This document shows, in pieces, positions 6,697 through 7,517 of a DNA stretch of 7,517 nt. The DNA is from a virus (Duplodnaviria; Heunggongvirae; Uroviricota; Caudoviricetes): the IMG/VR virus record IMGVR_UViG_2706794686_000005; one strand, given 5' to 3'. The first letter of the stretch is position 1, and the number at the start of each line of letters is the position of its first letter. The translations under genes and the position numbers were made by a program. Below the pieces are notes generated by a model. The model was not told the origin of the DNA, ran no database searches, and worked only from the letters and a program-made list of their open reading frames with translations.

Positions 6697-7032
6697 TTAT
6701 GGACTTTGTTGTTTTAGTCCATAAGGACATATTTGCAGAGTGCAACGGTTATTAAAGCATTCATTCAATACGTTATCTGTATTTGTAGGGCATTCCTGGC
6801 TATTTTTGATTGAATTCCAGAATGTTTTATTGAATGGTACTACGTTGTAAATGGTTACAGGTAGCACTTTGTTATTGAGCATGATGCCTGTGTGAGTCAG
6901 TGTAAATATACTTTCAGGAGGTAAGAAAGCATCCGATTGATACCAGATTATTAATTTTATTTTACTCCATATGACTGAAAAAGATATTCCGCATGATGGC
7001 TGGATAACTGTATCAATCACAATCCACTTCAT
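6697..7032 (-). CDS. Hypothetical protein, 111 aa, Cys/Trp-containing, in AT-rich DNA
   Basis: Minus-strand ORF with no overlapping plus-strand gene; RBS AAGGA about 6 nt before the ATG (plus-strand 7030..7032 is cat); candidate promoter TTTACA-N17-TACTTT upstream on the minus strand. No family recognised. Confidence 0.45.
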   Translation of the reverse strand: MKWIVIDTVIQPSCGISFSVIWSKIKLIIWYQSDAFLPPESIFTLTHTGIMLNNKVLPVTIYNVVPFNKTFWNSIKNSQECPTNTDNVLNECFNNRCTLQICPYGLKQQSP

Positions 7033-7292
7033 TTAGTTTCCTTGTTTATGCCTTGCTGGTGATGTTCTGAAAAGTATAAATGATATTTTTGAATGTAAAC
7101 CATAGAGCAGAATTATTTTTCTGATGTTGTTTATTGTTTATTTAAATGCAGGGTGGTTTATATCTCGTCTTGTAGTTTATCCATGCATATCTGCTTGATA
7201 ATCAGGTTTTTATTTAAGGTATGGTTTTGTGTTTTTTCTGTATTACATGTCAGGTATTTTAAAGAATTATTTTTCAGATGGTGGAAAGAACC

Positions 7293-7466
7293 ATGGCATT
7301 TAAACACTATGATGTTGTCAGGGCGGCGCCGCCGTCAGATCTTGCGGAAAAGCTGACACATAAACTGAAAGAGGGCTGGCAGCCGTTTGGTAGTCCGGTG
7401 GCCATAACCCCTTATACCCTGAGGTGTACTGGCAATAGCGGACACTACCATTTGTTCTTTTTTTAA
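7293..7466 (+). CDS. Small hypothetical phage protein, 57 aa (MAFKHYDVVRAAPPSDLAEKLTHKLKEGWQPFGSPVAI...); last 15 codons encoded by the right inverted-repeat copy
   Basis: ORF in track from ATG 7278; ATG 7293 preferred because of ggaaag upstream; the GWQP.G motif is reminiscent of small phage proteins in the DUF1737 class, but that is uncertain memory. Confidence 0.4.
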   Translation: MAFKHYDVVRAAPPSDLAEKLTHKLKEGWQPFGSPVAITPYTLRCTGNSGHYHLFFF

Positions 7467-7506
7467 GCAGCCATCTGATGATATTTTTCCCTGAAGGCTG
7501 CCGGGG
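7420..7506. repeat. Right copy of the 87-bp perfect inverted repeat (reverse complement of 1..87)
   Basis: Verified by manual reverse-complement in 10-nt blocks; followed by 11 nt (agatattcccc) to the window end. Confidence 0.9.
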
Positions 7507-7517
7507 AGATATTCCCC

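Noticed and set aside
5550-7292. tRNA genes between tR' and cargo, as in Stx phages, and CRISPR repeats
   Set aside because: No T-arm-like GTTCGAATC-type motif or cloverleaf-compatible sequence seen by eye; no regularly spaced short repeats anywhere in the window.
7153-7356. Plus-strand 67-aa ORF in the AT-rich divergent intergenic region
   Set aside because: Very AT-rich, low-complexity translation overlapping the probable promoter region and the start of the terminal small gene; no RBS.
1-7517. Classical IS or transposon bounded by the terminal inverted repeats
   Set aside because: No transposase, integrase or recombinase ORF inside; an 87-bp perfect repeat with phage nin-Q content is more consistent with a recombination or inversion substrate or an assembly feature than with an IS.

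Overview
This window looks like the nin-to-Q region of an enterobacterial (E. coli-like) lambdoid prophage, followed by an AT-rich cargo segment. Almost all genes are on the + strand. Left to right: a possibly 5'-partial ORF; three small translationally coupled ORFs (55, 114 and 27 aa); a Hok/Gef-family type I toxin gene with leader and 3' hairpins, closed by an intrinsic terminator; a sigma70-like promoter; a 93-aa hypothetical; a YdfU-like DUF968 protein; RusA Holliday-junction resolvase; a Q-antiterminator N-terminal fragment running into an N-run; an 80-aa hypothetical; a second, divergent RusA; a full-length lambda-Q-family antiterminator; a 37-bp direct repeat flanking an N-run; a tR'-like terminator; then low-GC DNA (about 33-42% versus about 52% upstream, estimated by eye) with uncharacterised ORFs on both strands. 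The window is bounded by an 87-bp perfect inverted repeat (1..87 versus 7420..7506). Four N-runs (3472..3721, 4520..4669, 5216..5482, 5723..6018) hide about 960 bp, including parts of both Q genes, the pR'/qut-equivalent region and most of the main cargo ORF. All family assignments are from reading the translations against remembered protein families; no database search was run. No tRNA, rRNA, CRISPR array, integrase or transposase was seen.
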